This document shows, piece by piece, positions 12,341 to 29,908 of a stretch of 64,000 nucleotides of DNA. The stretch lies in assembly GCF_009914755.1 (NCBI RefSeq), contig NC_060926.1. The stretch is one strand, 5' to 3'. Position numbers and translations under genes: made by a program. This DNA is from the human T2T-CHM13v2.0 reference genome, Homo sapiens. Under the pieces are notes generated by a model, which was not told the DNA's origin, did not search any database, and worked only from the letters and a program-made list of their open reading frames with translations. Each line of letters opens with the position of its first letter. Position 1 is the first letter of the stretch.

Positions 12341-15300
12341 GAATATCATGAAAAGAACAAACAACGCTATGTAACATGCTTAAATGGACTGAAGAAGATG
12401 TATAAAATCAAAATGATGTTACCTTCACACCTTGAATCAGTACGATAAACCCCCCTCCCCAGTCACAAAAGAAAAACTAAACACAAAAACCAGGCTTTGG
12501 TTGCTCAGACAATTTTACAGGTGAGTTCTAGCAAACATGCAAAGAACGTTTAATTGCACTGTTACAGAAATTCTTCTGGAGACAAGAAAATACGACACAT
12601 CACCCAACCAATTTCATGATAACAGTGTCAATGTATAATAACAGAAAAAGTGGATCTCCAAAGAAATAAATTTATTTGGAAATAAACAAGTTTTATAATC
12701 TGAGATATTTGTGCTATGATCAATCATAGGTGCATCCCAAGAGGTTGAGGTAAGGAAAATATGTAAAGACAAAAAGAAGTCTATGCAAGCTGTTTTGAAA
12801 CAAACATCACTGGTCACAGGGCCTGATGCAGGAGCTGGTGTTAACTTACTGGCAGAAACAGCCATTGCTAGGCAAGTGTTCTTGTGAGGGTGGCTTATCT
12901 GAAATGCTGCAGTCTTGAGGAATTTTTTATGATAGGTCCTATTATAGAGACACCTACAGGATGAGCTGGACAAACAGAGTGTGCTGGGTGGGCAGAAATT
13001 TCTTGTGAGTTTATAGAAAGTCCTTGTGATAGTGCTTATCGTGGACACACACACAAGATCCCCTTTTTCATGACCCGGCTCCACTTTGCTTTGGGTCTGA
13101 TGTAAGTGACTTTGCCTTGTCATTGGCAACTTTCACTGTAGTATAATCTGCACATTAAAGTTACCTAACAATAGTACAAAGAAAGAAAATTAAAGGTATA
13201 TCTCTTTCAAAAATATAAACCCCAAAATTGTTAGGAAATTGTAGTGAGTATAAAAGATAATTCATTATAATAGACATCTCAAGCTTCACAGAATTCTGAC
13301 CTTTGCTACACTCTCATCCACAATCTTTTCTCCTAGTAAATGGCAGCTCCTTCTGTTAAGTTGCTGAGGCTTCTTATTGCTTTTTTCTTCGAATAACAGT
13401 CAGAACTGAACAACTGTAATCATCCTAGTCCATACAATTGTTATATTTTCATTTAAAGAAGATCAATGTGTGATTCTTTTTTATATATTTCTGGACAATT
13501 CTTTATATTTTAATAGTAGTCAGAATTTGATCAGGAAAACAGAGGACATCCTATGTATTATAATGATAAAAGTTTAATATTAATTAGGGCCTTATGCTAT
13601 TATTGGAAGAGCTTGGTGAATAGATATTAGAAAAGCAGCTAGACAAAATCAGAAGAGGTCTGTTTTATATCAGAGATCTTAGCCTGACAGTCTAGAGTGT
13701 GGGCACAGAACCCAAGCTTATAGGAATTTCTGAAAGGTCTGTAAATCTTATCCAGATGGACAGTGGGAGCTCATAAAGAATTCTGCAAGCCATCACATCT
13801 GTCAAACCTGCTATGTCTAATCCTTAAGCCTGCTTTATGTGAAGACCTCCTCTTCACTCCTCACTTCCAGCTCTCATGAGTTTCTTTCATAGGCAAACCC
13901 AAACCTGGAACAATGTGCCTGAAGACTTCGGGTGACACAGTACCCAGACTTAAATAGGAGGGGAGCCATGGTGGAAGTGGCCATCCAGCACAATTTTCTT
14001 GGTCTTTACTCATAGTTTTGATTCCTTAAAAAAATTAACCACATTAAAATATGTGTTTCATAATCTACATCTAATAATACAAATATTTAAAGTCTTTTCA
14101 AGTTTGAATACGCTACCCATGTTGCTGCTACCCCCATTTTGTGTGTGTGATTTTTGTGTGTGTGTGTTAGAAGCTCATGACCTTTGAAACCTGCTCTTAT
14201 GAGCTTGCTTTGATGATTTATTTGTCCAGAGAGGATTTTTTTTCCTACCTAGCATTTTGGACTGCTATCAACCTGAGACCACTTTGAATTAAATTCTCAG
14301 CTTGCAAATTTGGAAGCCACACAGATTGTGTGAGTTCAGGCTGAAACCTGTTTGAGAGCTGGATTCTGGCTATAAACTCCACAGGGAACATTTTCTCTCT
14401 CCACTCAGAGCTGAGACCATAGGGAAATTTATTTGCTAGCTCTCTTTGAAGGTTTATTTTATTTATTTTTTTAATTTCTAGTACACGTGCTCACTGAAGG
14501 TGTAATACTTATGTGAGAATCTCAGAATCAGTTGTGTTCTTTGTATGACCCTGGTTTTGTTTCCTCCTGCTCTCTTACTTTCAGTGTGTCTCAGTATGTC
14601 TGCTCAATATGTCATCTTAAATTTCAACTGAGGGTGGATCTTCTTCCCAGCTCACTCACATGGTTCTTAGCTAGATTCAGTTTCTCTCCATTTGTAGGAC
14701 TGAGGACCTCAGTTCTTCACTTAGGGTTGGCTACAGGTAATCATCAATTTCTTGTAACAGGACTTACACTGGGCCACTGACAGCATGCCAGTTGGCTTCA
14801 TTCAAATGAGAGGGCAGGAGAAAGAGAGAGAGGGAGAGGGCACAAGATGAAATTCACAGTATCTTATAATCTGATCTCAGAAGTGGCATCTCATTACTTT
14901 TGTTCTATTCTATTCAATAGAAACAAGTACCTGGGACCAGCTTACACTATAGGAAAGAGATTATATAAGGGTATAAATACCAAGAGGTAGAGATCATCAA
15001 GAGCCATTCTGGTAGCAGCCACAATATCTTATCCAGAATATTTCTTATTCAGGCCTTCAAATGTGCTGTCTTTTCTGGTCTAATGGAAATGAACCTTCCT
15101 TCCATACAATTTTTTCTCCTAAACTGTACTCTGGCTCTCTTATCACATACAAACGTCTATGTTAGGTATTTGTGTCTGTCTTGATTCTTGGTAGGCTTTT
15201 AAACTCTGTGAATGTTGGACTGTGATGTAGACATCATTTCACCGCACACTCTGTAACCACCAAACCTTAGCAGCTTATTCAGTAAGCACATACTTGGCTC

Positions 15301-15907
15301 TTAATGAGTATTGCTTAAATTGATGAATTGAATTAGTATTTTACCTTCTCTGTTGCTTAGCTAAGCAGAAGAATTTGTCATTTTTTTAATTTAGTGACTG
15401 GTTCTATTAAAAGTTACCTTTGTCTATATCATTTTGTTATACTAAAGCACAAATGTATAAGGTCAAAAAACATTCTCAAGATTTTGTTTAAACCACAGCC
15501 CTCAGTTGTGTATATTTATCTCTTGTTTTCATATGCAAGATTTCTCCTGAAATGGGCAACAATTACAAGAGTTTTTTTCCTCTTCTGAACTAAGAAAATA
15601 AATATTTAATTCACAAGTTTAGAAAAGTGAACCTGAAAAATCACAGGGCTAGGTGGGTTATGAGGCCCACTGGTACATGATAGTGTTGAATGTGGATTAG
15701 AATGAACTCCGTGGATTAGAATCTCAGACCATAGGCAAACATTTACTTGTTTTAGAATAAGCACATTTGAGTCTGCAATAAGTATTACTATTTTTAAGTT
15801 GAAAATGTAATTGGTTTCTAATAATAACCATATTGGCTAGCATTATTTCAATCGTGTTTAATGTTTTCCAATGTCATTTCATGTCAGATATCTCTCTTGA
15901 TTCTTAG

Positions 15908-16012
15908 TAACAATTTGGACAAGACAGCAAATGCTATTGTCGAAGTTTTCTAAAGAAGAATCTGAAGTGAAATGACATCAAGAGACCTATCAAGACCTGT
16001 ATCCAGGAAAAG
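15908..16012 (+). ncRNA. Putative exon (105 nt) of subtelomeric spliced lncRNA
   Basis: Acceptor TCTCTCTTGATTCTTAG|TAA and donor AAAAG|GTAAAT; non-repeat sequence with no sustained ORF. Confidence 0.6.
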
Positions 16013-16112
16013 GTAAATCTGAGCTGAAATTGTAGCCTTTGTAAATTACCTACGTGACATACCAGATAGTGTTCATGATCCATTTAGTACTCTGTTCTAA
16101 AAACGAGACAAT

Positions 16113-16630
16113 ATCCATTTATTCACTTGTTCATTTATTTAGTGTTTGTTCAGCCCTTACTGCATATTCCAGGCACTATTCTGACTGTGGCAGGAGTGAA
16201 CAAACAGGCATGGTTCTTACTTGCATGTAATTACAGTCTTATAGTGAAAACAAGTGTTAAACAACAACATCTCCCAATTATTTTAAAATTATAAACTTGA
16301 TTCGATACTATGTGGCCATATAATTGTTCCTAATTTGGTTGGAGAAGGGAGGCAGTTAGGGAAGCCTTCCCTGAGTTAGTGCCATTTAACCTGATTTATG
16401 ATAGATGATAAGTAATTTGTCAGGGGAAAAATACTCCAGGAATAAAGAACAGGTACAAAGGTCAGGTTCTGGGAAGAGCTTGTCTTGGTCCAGGAACTAA
16501 AAAATGTTAGAGTGGCTGGATCTGGGAAAGAAACAAAGAGTTATTAAATGAGGCAGCAGGCTTCAGCAGGTGCCACATTGCTCAGGGCCTTGTAGGCCAT
16601 GCTAAGGATTTGGGATGTTAATGTCAGTAC
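16113..16630 (-). mobile_element. L2 LINE fragment
   Basis: CATTTATTCACTTGTTCATTTATTTAG...CCAGGCACTATTCT...GGGCCTTGTAGGCCATGCTAAGGATTTGGGAT. Confidence 0.7.
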
Positions 16631-17304
16631 AAACAATTGAGTCATAAGCAGAAAGTAAAATCATGATTCCATCAAATGTTATTCTCTAAACAGTAATTTT
16701 ATAAATACAGGTTAAATGTGTGTGGTCCCAGCTACTCAGGAGGTCCCAGCTACTCAGTATTCCTTTTCAACAAATATTAGGTGCCTACTATTAGCCAGGT
16801 ACAGCCCTTAGCTACTTTGAATGAAGCATATATTACAAACTGGCAGAATTTCTTAAACAAAGAATCTAAAGTTGTTTATACACCATAATCTCGGTATTTT
16901 ATAAATTTCTTGAAATTATTTTTATTTACACTGCTTTGCAGAATTTTAACTGGCTTTGAAATAAACAATGACAATAGTCCTCCATGTTACTAGTTTCAAA
17001 TTTTCCCAATACCTACTAAGACATTACTTAATCCACAGATTTACTGTCAATAGTTTGTATCAAATTGTGATAACATATTTGAAATTAATATTTCAAATTA
17101 AAGCAAAATCACAAATTTATACTTTATATTATGAATGAGATTCACAAAAGGAGCATGATAATATATTCTGTTGTCATCGCATACAAAATAATAACATATA
17201 GAGTATGAATCAATAATTTTTCAAATACAAAGCTATTACAATTAGGAATACAAAGAAATCATAATTAGGAATACTTCTACAATATTAACACACAATAGTG
17301 GTAA

Positions 17305-17634
<330 letters not shown>

Positions 17635-17764
17635 AGTGGTGGGTCTCATATCTCAATGTGGACTTTTACTAACTCCCGATGCCTCAGTTTCCTCATCAGT
17701 TGAAAGGAATGAATGAAAGATTTGTGTTTTTCATATTACCAGGTAGATGATAAGGAGATTTTAA

Positions 17765-18625
17765 TTTTCTTTTTTTTTTTAACTTTTATTTTAAGTTTAG
17801 GGGCATTTGTTACATAGGTAAACTGGTGTCACAGGGGGTTATTGTACAGATTATTTCATCACCCAGGTATTAAACCTAGTACCCAATAGTTATCTTTTCT
17901 GCTTCTCTTCCTTTTCTCACCCTCCACCCTCAAGTAGACCCCAGTGTCTGTTTTATTCTTTGTGTTCATGAGTTCTCATCATTTAGCTCCCACTTATAAC
18001 TGAGAGTATGCTGTATTTGGTTTTCTGTTCCTGCATTAGTTTGCTAAGGATAATAGAAGGTCCATCCATATTCCAGCAAAAGACATGATATCATTTTTTA
18101 ATGGCGGCATAGTATTCCATGGTGTATATGTACCACATTTTCTTTATCCAATCTGTCATTGATGGGCACTTAGGTTGATCCCATACTTTTGCTATTGTGA
18201 ACAGTGCTGCAATGAACATTTGTATGCATGTGTCTTTATGGCAGAATGGTTTATATTCATCTGGGTATATACCCAGTAGTGGGATTACTGGGTCGAATGG
18301 TAGCTCTGCTTTTAGCTCTTTGAGGAATCACTATTCTTTGCACAATGATTGAACTGATTTGCACACCCACCAACAGTGTATAAGCATTCCCTTTTCTCCA
18401 TAGCCTCACTAGCATCTGTTATTTTTTGACTTTTTAATGATAGCTATTCTGACTGGTGTGAGGTGGTATCTCATTATGGTTTTGATTTGCATTTCTCTAA
18501 TGATCAGTGATGTTGAACTTTTTTTTTGTATGTTTGTTGGCTGCATGCATGTATTCTTTTGAAAAGTGTTCATTCCCTTTGCCCAATTTTAATGGGGTTG
18601 TTTTTCTTTTGTAAATTTCTTTACA
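17765..18625 (-). mobile_element. 5'-truncated primate L1 (older L1PA), 3' end
   Basis: Poly-T, then AACTTTTATTTTAAGTT...ATTATTTCATCACCCAGGTATTAA...GTATTCCATGGTGTATATGTACCACATTTTCTTTATCCA...GATTTGCATTTCTCTAATGATCAGTGATGTTGA. Confidence 0.92.
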
Positions 18626-18696
18626 TTCGAAATGTTTTTATTATTAAGTTGAGCTGCCTCATTCTTAGTATGGTTTTTCACTTTAAAAAGCATAAA

Positions 18697-18872
18697 GGTG
18701 GACATGGTGGCATATGCTAGTAATCCCAACTACTGGGGAGAGTAATACAGGAGGGTTGCTTGAGCCCAGGAGTTCAAGGCTATAATGTGCTATGATCATG
18801 ACTGTGAACAACCACTGTACTGCAGCCTGGGCAGAGTGACATAGTGAAACCATATCTCTAAAAAAAGAGAAA
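18697..18872 (+). mobile_element. Alu monomer (FAM/FRAM-like)
   Basis: CATGGTGGCATATGCTAGTAATCCCAACTACT...TTGAGCCCAGGAGTTCAAGGCT...CAGCCTGGGC; single arm with A-rich end. Confidence 0.75.
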
Positions 18873-20136
18873 ATGTAATTTAAATCTTTAAATACATATG
18901 TATATGTGTGTATATATGTATATATATTGCATGTATCAAAAATGGTTTGTAGTTTCCATTCACAGCACATAGTAAAATGTCTTAACCTCCTCCCTCCTCC
19001 CTATGTGTGTTTTTCTAAGTGTGTGTCTTTTTTACCTTAATTTTTCTCTTAGTGTCTCATAGTCTTCTTAGGTCTCCCTCTTTCTTCTGTCTTTCACACA
19101 CACACACACACACACACACGCATGCATACACACATGTACCTTGAAAAATAGCTTTTCTTTTTCTTAAAACTTCCCAAAGCTTTCATAAAATTAGCCCTCA
19201 GGCACTCTTACGTATCTCATCCACTCTTCTTCCTCTCTCCCCTTCCTGAAGCCATTTGTAACTTACTCTATTACACTAGGAAGGGGAAGCAAGTATTCAT
19301 ATTATTTTCTTGTTATATCCTTAGCATTACTAGACCTTTGTGGTTTCTATGGATGAGGGACATAATATTTATTAATTTATTCTAAACTTCAGTCACTCAT
19401 AATATACCCTTTTATTCCTCCTTCTTCTGTGATATTGGGAGTGTATAGTTGTCATTGTGACAAACCCTTTGCTGTCAGTATCTATAGTGGATGGGGAGAA
19501 AAGGAGGGCTTTGCCAATCATCGTCTCCAGTGCATTTCCCACTGTCAGCGTCATTGTCTAATGCTGTTTGCATCCACACAGCCTAAGGGAACCGTTTAAG
19601 TGAGTGACTCCCTCCCTTCACTTCAGCCCATCACTTGAGCATTTCTCTCCCTTGAAAAAAGACAAGTGGTGCTTCTAAGACTTGAGTAATTCTGAATATA
19701 ATTGAGGACTAGATGTTCCTGTTTTATATCCTACAGGGCTGGCATCTCTAATGCTGAAAGTACAACAAAGTGCAGTGGTAGTCACTGAGTGTTCAGCCAT
19801 GCTGGGTCATCAAAATAAAAGGAGATCGTCTTCCCATTCCTATCAATGGCCTCATCTCTACCAGATATATAACTGGAAAAACAATGCATTTGCTTAGACA
19901 TCCACAGTGAGCCACACTTGTTCGGTGTTGTGGGAAAATGATGCAGAAGCATCCTTGTTTATTAAGGATCCAATTTTGATAGGCTGAGGCATATTTTTCC
20001 TCCCAAGTCTGCACATGGTCATGCATTAAATATTAATGAGCATCTTCTCTCTATCAGGCTTTGGGGGATATGTTCACCTCTTGGGAGGTGAACATGATAC
20101 ATAAGATCCTTTCTCTCATGTAGCATTCTCTCCATT

Positions 20137-20376
20137 CTTTTTTTTTTTTTTTTTTTTTTTCATAGGGACTAGCTCTGTCACCTAGGCTAGAGTGCAGTGG
20201 TGCAAACATGACTCACTGCAGCCTTGACCTCATGGACTCAAGTGATCCTCAAGTGATCCTCTTGCCTCCACAACATCCAGCTAACTTTTAAAAAATTTTT
20301 TGAAGAGAAGGTTTTGCCATGTTGCCTCAGCCTCCTGAAGTGGTGGGATTACAGGTGTGAGCCGCTGCACCTGGCC
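20137..20376 (-). mobile_element. Alu (AluJ-like) with internal deletions and an 11-12 bp duplication
   Basis: Poly-T and Alu ends present but only ~240 bp; CTCAAGTGATC is repeated in tandem at ~20237-20258. Confidence 0.85.
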
Positions 20377-20837
20377 ACGTTTTCTTTCCATTCTTATGGA
20401 AGGCAGTAGTCAGCAAAACAGTTAATCAATTGAGAATATATTAGGTTGTTATAGGAACCATGAAAAAATAAAATAGAGTGTGTAAAGAAGGCTTGATGGC
20501 CAGGAAGCTTTTACAGGGAAGTGACATTTGAGCTGAGACCAAATACTTAAAGAAGCCAGTTCTTTGAAGAGTTGATGGGAAAGTATTCCAAGAAGTGGGA
20601 ATGGCAAGGGGAAAGGACTTAAGATGTAACCTCAGAATGATTAAGGAGGAGCATGGTACAAGAGGATGTCAGAAACATAGCCAGGAAAGAGAGCTATGCT
20701 TAAGTATTAGGATTTTATTCTTTGCAAAGGAAAAAGCCCATTGAAACTTTAAAGCAAGGACCTAAGAGTTAACATAATTTTTTTAAGGTACCTTAAAAAT
20801 TTTGCTGAATGAAGAATTCATTGAAGTGAGTCAGGAA

Positions 20838-21240
20838 TGTATGATTTTGGACAACTGACACAATGCCTGAGGCATAGTTTCTTCATATGGAAATTGGAGA
20901 CAATGATCATATCTACCTTAGCAGATTATATAATGAATTATTTTCCTAGGGCTCCTGTAATAAAGTACCACAAACTGGGTAACTTAAGCAACAGAGATTT
21001 ATTGCCTCACAATTCTAGAGGTGAGAAGTCCAGATCAAGAAGCTGGCAGGGCTAGGCTGCCTGAAAAGGTGCTAAGGAAGGAACTCTTCCAGTCCTCTTT
21101 CTCTCCTTCCAGTAGTTCCTTGGCTTGTGACAGCACAGTGTCAATTCTCATATGGCATCCTCCCCGTGTGCCTCTCACTATGTCCAAATCTCCCTTTTAT
21201 TTAAGGACAGAGTCACAGTGGATTAGAACACCCCCATAAC
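20838..21240. mobile_element. MIR fragment followed by antisense MLT1 LTR fragment
   Basis: MIR core (TGAGGCATAGTTTCTTCATATGGAAATTGGAGACAATG), then TAAAGTACCACAAACTGGGTAACTTAAGCAACAGAGATTTATT...TTCTAGAGG. Confidence 0.65.
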
Positions 21241-23799
21241 ATGAAGATTGCATGAAATTATATACATAAATAATTCAACAACATAGCTTCCAAATAGAAA
21301 ACACTCAGCCTTTGTCATCTCATCATTATTTGTTTACACCTTTGTATTATTGGTATAGCTCTAGTCTTTTGAAAGGTGCAGTTACTCATCTTTGTGTTTT
21401 CCACTCCTTTATAGCTAAGTATAAGGTGCTTTTGCAAAATCCAGTACTGCATATTTGAGAAATGCTTTTTATTCCTACACATACTGCATATACTGTTACA
21501 CAATTCGATTTTGTAGGTCTAATGAAGTTGGTCTTTCTATGAGTTCCTATGGCTAAAAATAGTCACAATTGTGTACTCCAGTAAATTGTTAGAATGAAGG
21601 AAAATAGTTTGAGTGAAATTATCAATCTGGTTTTTCTGACTTCAGCTGTGTGTCATGTTTGGTTAGTCAAGAGAAACATCTAATGTGAGGCCCCTGGAGG
21701 ACAGCTGATAAGTAAGCATACCAAGTAGAATGGCTACTGGGAAAAGTGTGCCAGCTAGAGAGAGAGAAAAGAGAGAGTTAATTTACCATTTGCTCAAGTA
21801 AGGAATGATCCACAAATTCAACAAAATCTAAGTAGTCTTAAAGGACATGTCATTGACAGATTTATCTTCTAGTCTCCCACTTTGTCTAACACTGCTTCAA
21901 AACAAAGCACTTTACTGAACCCAGTGGTCTCATTACTCTGGAGGTTTATAAGGTTAAAAATACCTGGAGTTTTGGGAGCAGCAATAGCACTGAAGTGGGA
22001 TATTAGTAGTGATGCGTGTGTTTACAGCACCTGTGAACACACAGAGACTGAAGCTTGAAGGCTGATGACCCTGAATTAGGGGAAAAGATAAAACTTTTTA
22101 TTAGATTTTTTTAATGTCGAGAAGAAAATTATTTATCTCCACATTTCTTGAATATTATCCTCTTACAATTACGTCGATGATTCTCACCCCAGTTATATAT
22201 TAAAATTACCTGGAGATATATAAAAACTATCAATGTTCTACTCTTCTACAGATTAAATCATCATCACTGAGGGTGGCCCTCCAGCAACCAGGTTTGAGAA
22301 CCACTTTAGACCAGAATTTTTCTCTGTGCCATTCAGTAATGGCAATGATAACTGTAGGATACGCAAATTGCAGAAAGACAACGGCAAATGATTTAACTTA
22401 TCCCCAAACAGCTGAACTATCTTAAGCCTCATGGCTACTTTAGAGTGACCAAATCCATGTAGCCGCCAGAAGTTGTATCATGCACCTATTTCAAGGGACA
22501 CATAGAATTTACCTATATATACCTACCTCAAGGGTCATGTCGGTTTACCATTCCCCTAAACAACATCTTAATAGTATAAACTGCTGAACTGCTGTCTGCC
22601 TAATATTTATTGAGGCTATACTTCTTCTTTTCTGTATTAAAGGCCACTGCTTTTCCCAGCTTGCTCTTTGTTCTCCATCATCTGTTGTGGGTCACTTGTG
22701 CTTTCTGTTTTTAACACCCGTGTTGCTGAAGTCATTTCTCCAATTCATGATCCATGAAACTACTTCAGCAGTGAAAATGGCACCCCTCAGGTTCAAGTCA
22801 ACATTTTTATATGTCCCTCTAGGTCAAGATCCAAGCTATGGAAGAAATCAGGATATGTCAATTTTCTAGAGCAGCCAAGTTTTCTGAAAGTCTACCTAGC
22901 CATGTAGTTATGTAGCCTCACTCTCACTTAAACAAAGAAAATTAAAAAGCACACCAGAAAAGACTTTTCTTGTTAAAAACACATGTTTATTGTAGAAAAT
23001 ATAGTAAGGAAAAAGAAGAAAATATAAGGCAACTAGAATTTCTCTAGTTAGAGATAACTATTATTTATTTGAGTGTGTGTATATATCTATATATATATAT
23101 ATATTGACATTCAGCTCTTATGTACTAGATACACACATCTACTGTTTCATAAGCTTTTTTCACAGAATAGATTATAATCAGTTATGTTTGTTATCACCAC
23201 AACATTTTCTTCTTGAAGACCTTCTGGAATGAGGCATTTGCTTTTCTATCTAGAGACCCTATCCTTTCAAAAGGTCCTTTATCTGTGGAAAGAGCTATTC
23301 TGGCCACAGTTACTGCCAAGAAACAAGGTGTTAGAAAAGGCCTAAAGTTAAGTGCAGAACTGCTGTGTTTTGATGAATATTCTGTTGTTTTGAGAGGAGG
23401 TAGAAGCATTCTCAGCTTCAGGATATTTGCTCACTACTCATTAGTCTTTCTGAGAAGTAGCAAACTTCAAAGGTTAAATATGAAGAGATGAATTGTGTAA
23501 TGCCTAGATGTCAGTAGCGGAGAAGGTATCTGAGCAAATTCAGAATTTTATCCCTGTCTCCATGGGCCTAGTGTGAAGAACAGTCATTTGTGTAAGTGGG
23601 TCTTTGTGTATATGGTAGTGAATCAGGTCACTGAGTCAGAAACTTAGAGCTGTAAGGAAAGTGAGGTGCTCTCCAGTCCAGTGTTCTGGAATTTCTTCTG
23701 CAGTGGCCCCCAACAGCAGGTGGCAGCCTCGTCCATGATTGTATTCTTAAATGACATGGTATTACTCTTTCTATTTGCAATCCATTTCACTGATGGATA

Positions 23800-24180
23800 G
23801 TTCTAGAGATCTGAAATATTGAGATTTAGCTCAGTGTTGTTTATATGAAGATAAATTCCGCTTTCCAACAACTCTCTTGTATGTGTCTAACGTCTGCTGC
23901 ATGGAATGTCACAGATTATGCTTCATACTTGTCTTCCTGAGTCTTCTTTATCCCGAACACCCTGAGTTTTCGAATGGTTGACATGCCAGCTGGCTTTCTG
24001 CAGATGTACTTCTCGTGTGTAAATTTCCTTCTCTGTGAGGTATTCATATTGAACATGACCTCCAAGTGTGTTTGGGTCTGTGCAGAAGACAATAGGACTG
24101 TGATTTCTGATGATTAAAACCTGGATTGTATGTTACTGTGATCAGACCCTGAGACTGCGTTAGCAAGTTTTATAGCATCT
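23800..24180 (-). mobile_element. Possible CR1/L3 LINE remnant
   Basis: The reverse complement (CAGTCCTATTGTCTTCTGCACAGACCCAAACACACTTGGAGGTCATGTTCAA) loosely resembles the CR1 ORF2 end (VPLYSALVRPHLEYCVQ). Very degenerate. Confidence 0.35.
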
Positions 24181-24549
24181 GAGTCGCTCTGTTGGAGGAA
24201 AGTGCATGTGATGGGCATTTGCTTGCTTCCCCACCAGATTCTCTACCTTCACCCTTCCTGCAAGATTCCCTAGGAAGCTGACTTCTGCTGAATGCGACAC
24301 TCAGGTTCTCTGCTTCCTAGATTCTAGTTGAGTTTGGTCCATGGGAGGCCTTGGCAGAAATTTTGAGAGTAAGAGCAAATAATTACTTAACCATTAGAAA
24401 AAAATAACATGAATGTGTCCTTCTGTCCATGGCCTCAGTTCCTGTTGGGGAGCCTCGGTGCCAATCCCTCGGTGCATCACCATTTCTAATTAGTTCCTGT
24501 TTTACTCTGCTTTTGCGTGTGTGTGTGTGTGTGTCTGTGTGTGTGTGTG

Positions 24550-25243
<694 letters not shown>

Positions 25244-25366
25244 GTTCCCTTAACCCTGGAAAGAGACCCTTCATTAAACTCTTTCTGCTTAATCCTTTGA
25301 GAGTGCAACAATTTCCTGCTAGGACCCTGACAGATAGAGGGACCATACAGATCACTAAAATGCTGA

Positions 25367-25735
<369 letters not shown>

Positions 25736-25934
25736 AAACTTTAAAAAAAAACCCCAAATAGTACTTTGAAATTCACCCGCAGGGAGTTATTCAAATTGGT
25801 TGTCAGCCAGTTATTTCAGGTTGTTGAGATCATCTGGCTCTTGATTTTATTAATCATCTTAGCCTTCCCTTTCAACAATTTGCCGACTTTGTGCAAATTT
25901 TATTAATATGTGATCTCTGTCTTTATCCATGGAG

Positions 25935-26160
25935 AGACAGTATAGTATCATGAGGAAAAATAGACTTTGGAGTAGGCAGAAATTAGGTTTGAATTACTAG
26001 CCACGAGGCTTTGGGAACATTACTTAAACTCTATAAGCTTCAATTTCTTTATCTATAAGGTAGGTATAAAACCTGAAAGTTTTGGCATGAGTTTAGTAAA
26101 ACTGTCTGTGAAGCCCTTGTGGACTGCTTGGTCCATGTAGGCATTTGATAAACGGTGGCT
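25935..26160 (+). mobile_element. MIR SINE
   Basis: GACAGTATAGTATCATG...AGACTTTGGAGTAGGCAGA..GGTTTGAAT...TTACTTAAACTCTATAAGCTTCAATTTCTTTATCTATAA. Confidence 0.7.
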
Positions 26161-26548
26161 TTATATAGAGGAGGGAAATGCAAGCTATCTCAAAAAGAAA
26201 TCAGGGAAATAAGAATGCCATCTGAAATCTGTCATATGAGAATGAAAGGAGCATAGACAGGTTTTGAGTATGGGGTGAGGAGTAGGGGAGGGGAGGAGAT
26301 AAGTGAACTGCCCCTCAGACTTCCAGGGAGGAGAAAAATGATGTCACTGGGAACTGCAGTCATTTGGAAAGATAGCAATCAAGCATTTCTTTCAGAGCCC
26401 TGTTCATCTTTCAGTGGCTTTGCTTCTCCAGATGCTTTTGCTCCTTCAATTATCTCTGCCTTCTCCCACCTCCTCTCCAACCATCTCTTCCCTTCCTTAA
26501 TTCACAATTTTTCTCCCTCTTTTCAAGGCATAGTGCTTTGATTTATAA

Positions 26549-27662
<1,114 letters not shown>

Positions 27663-29324
27663 TGGATTTCTTTTTGACATAGAATTATTTAAGAGAAAGC
27701 TTTTAAATTTCCATGCTGTAATTTCTAGTTTTGTTGTGTCATAATCAGAGAATATAATCTGTAGCATTTCTACATTCTCTACTTTGCTTAGATGTTTTTA
27801 GGGTGGGGTGTGTAATATGTACTGAATTTTGTAAACATTTTATGGACATACAAATTTCAATGTTTACTTTTTCAGGCTATAGGCTTTGCTACATAATTTT
27901 TGTGTATTTTGTGGTCCTCATATAGATTTTTTAATTATCTTTTTGCTGTGATAGAGATTAGAAGGGTAAATTAATGTCTCATTTACCATCATTTTTCTTT
28001 CTGTATCTCTTTTCATTTCCTGATGCTTTGGCTTTATGAAATCTTTATGTATAAAAATTGTGCACACATATCTTTATGCACAGTGTTTTGGATTTTACCC
28101 TTCATAATGAGCTTTTTTCTCTCCTTTGAATTTGACCTGGCCTGGTGTTAACAGCCCAGGTGTAAAATTCCAGTGAGAAAGAAGTCTGATGAGGAGTCAG
28201 TAGGATCTTTGTGTTGCTGAGAACTGCTCAGTACCACGGACAGCTCCCTGCACTCCAGGAAACATCCTGATTCAGTGTCTTGAGTATTGTGAAGCACAGT
28301 TAGAACAGAAACATGGAGAATCACCTTAAAATGGCAAATTGGCTTCTGGTCTTGCATAAGACTTCATTGAGGCCTAATGGGCTATGCAGGTCTACCGTCC
28401 AAAGTACAGAGGTTATTCCTAGTGTCTTTAATATTACTGTCCCTTTAGGCAAGATTATCCTTATGATAAGGGAGACTGAATTAAGCTATTTTGGCTGAGG
28501 CATATTTTTATAAATTCATCCAATTAGCTTCCCTTGTTGTAGTTTTGGCTCACGAAACATTGTTCTGATTATAATTTAGCATCCCATATAATTTCATCTG
28601 CAGGGAGAGTCTGTACTAGGCATGGCGATGCTTACATGTCAGCCCGTGTGACTGCTAGAGTCTCAGTATAATTTGATAACATGGCACTCAGATTCTAGAC
28701 ATTATTCTCTGTGTGCTTAGTGAGTGTGATGACATAACCTTCAGAAAGATTCATCCTTTCTCACATATTGATAAATCAACTTTTACATCTACAAAGTTGA
28801 GAGCCAGAAATTAAAACCTTATTAATTCACTAAGCCATCCCTATGACAGCAGTCTTCCAACTAGCTCCATTCTGGGGCACTCTGACATCATTATACACTT
28901 TCCAATGAAAGCAGGGAGTGTATGTGATTAAAGGGAGAGCCCTGTGGCACTCCTGAAAAATCTCCCCTCCCAGTTCACATTGACTTATTAACCAACACTC
29001 ACGATCATGTGAAACTCTAGAACTGGATCTGGGTGCCTGGCAGGATGACATGGTGTAAGGCTCAAGCAGCACTGTGGGAATTCAAGCATCTGTTTATTTC
29101 TGAGAGAAAAAGTGTAAAGCAAAATAATATCTTTTAACAAATGTTTGTATTTGACTAAAAAGGAAGCAAGCACTTAATTTATGAATTTGCTAATTGCTCT
29201 TCTGAGCTGAGAATATCTGTGTTGAATATTAGTCATTATCCGTATTTGGCACAGAATAATCCCGAGGGTTAAATGACATTGTTCCTACAGTGGGCACCTG
29301 AAGACTGGCTATAAAAGCAATCCT

Positions 29325-29908
<584 letters not shown>

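Noticed and set aside
12614-13129. 171-aa minus-strand ORF
   Set aside because: No recognisable protein motif, and it lies among decayed repeats; chance ORF is the simplest explanation, though a BLASTP/Dfam search would be needed to exclude it fully.
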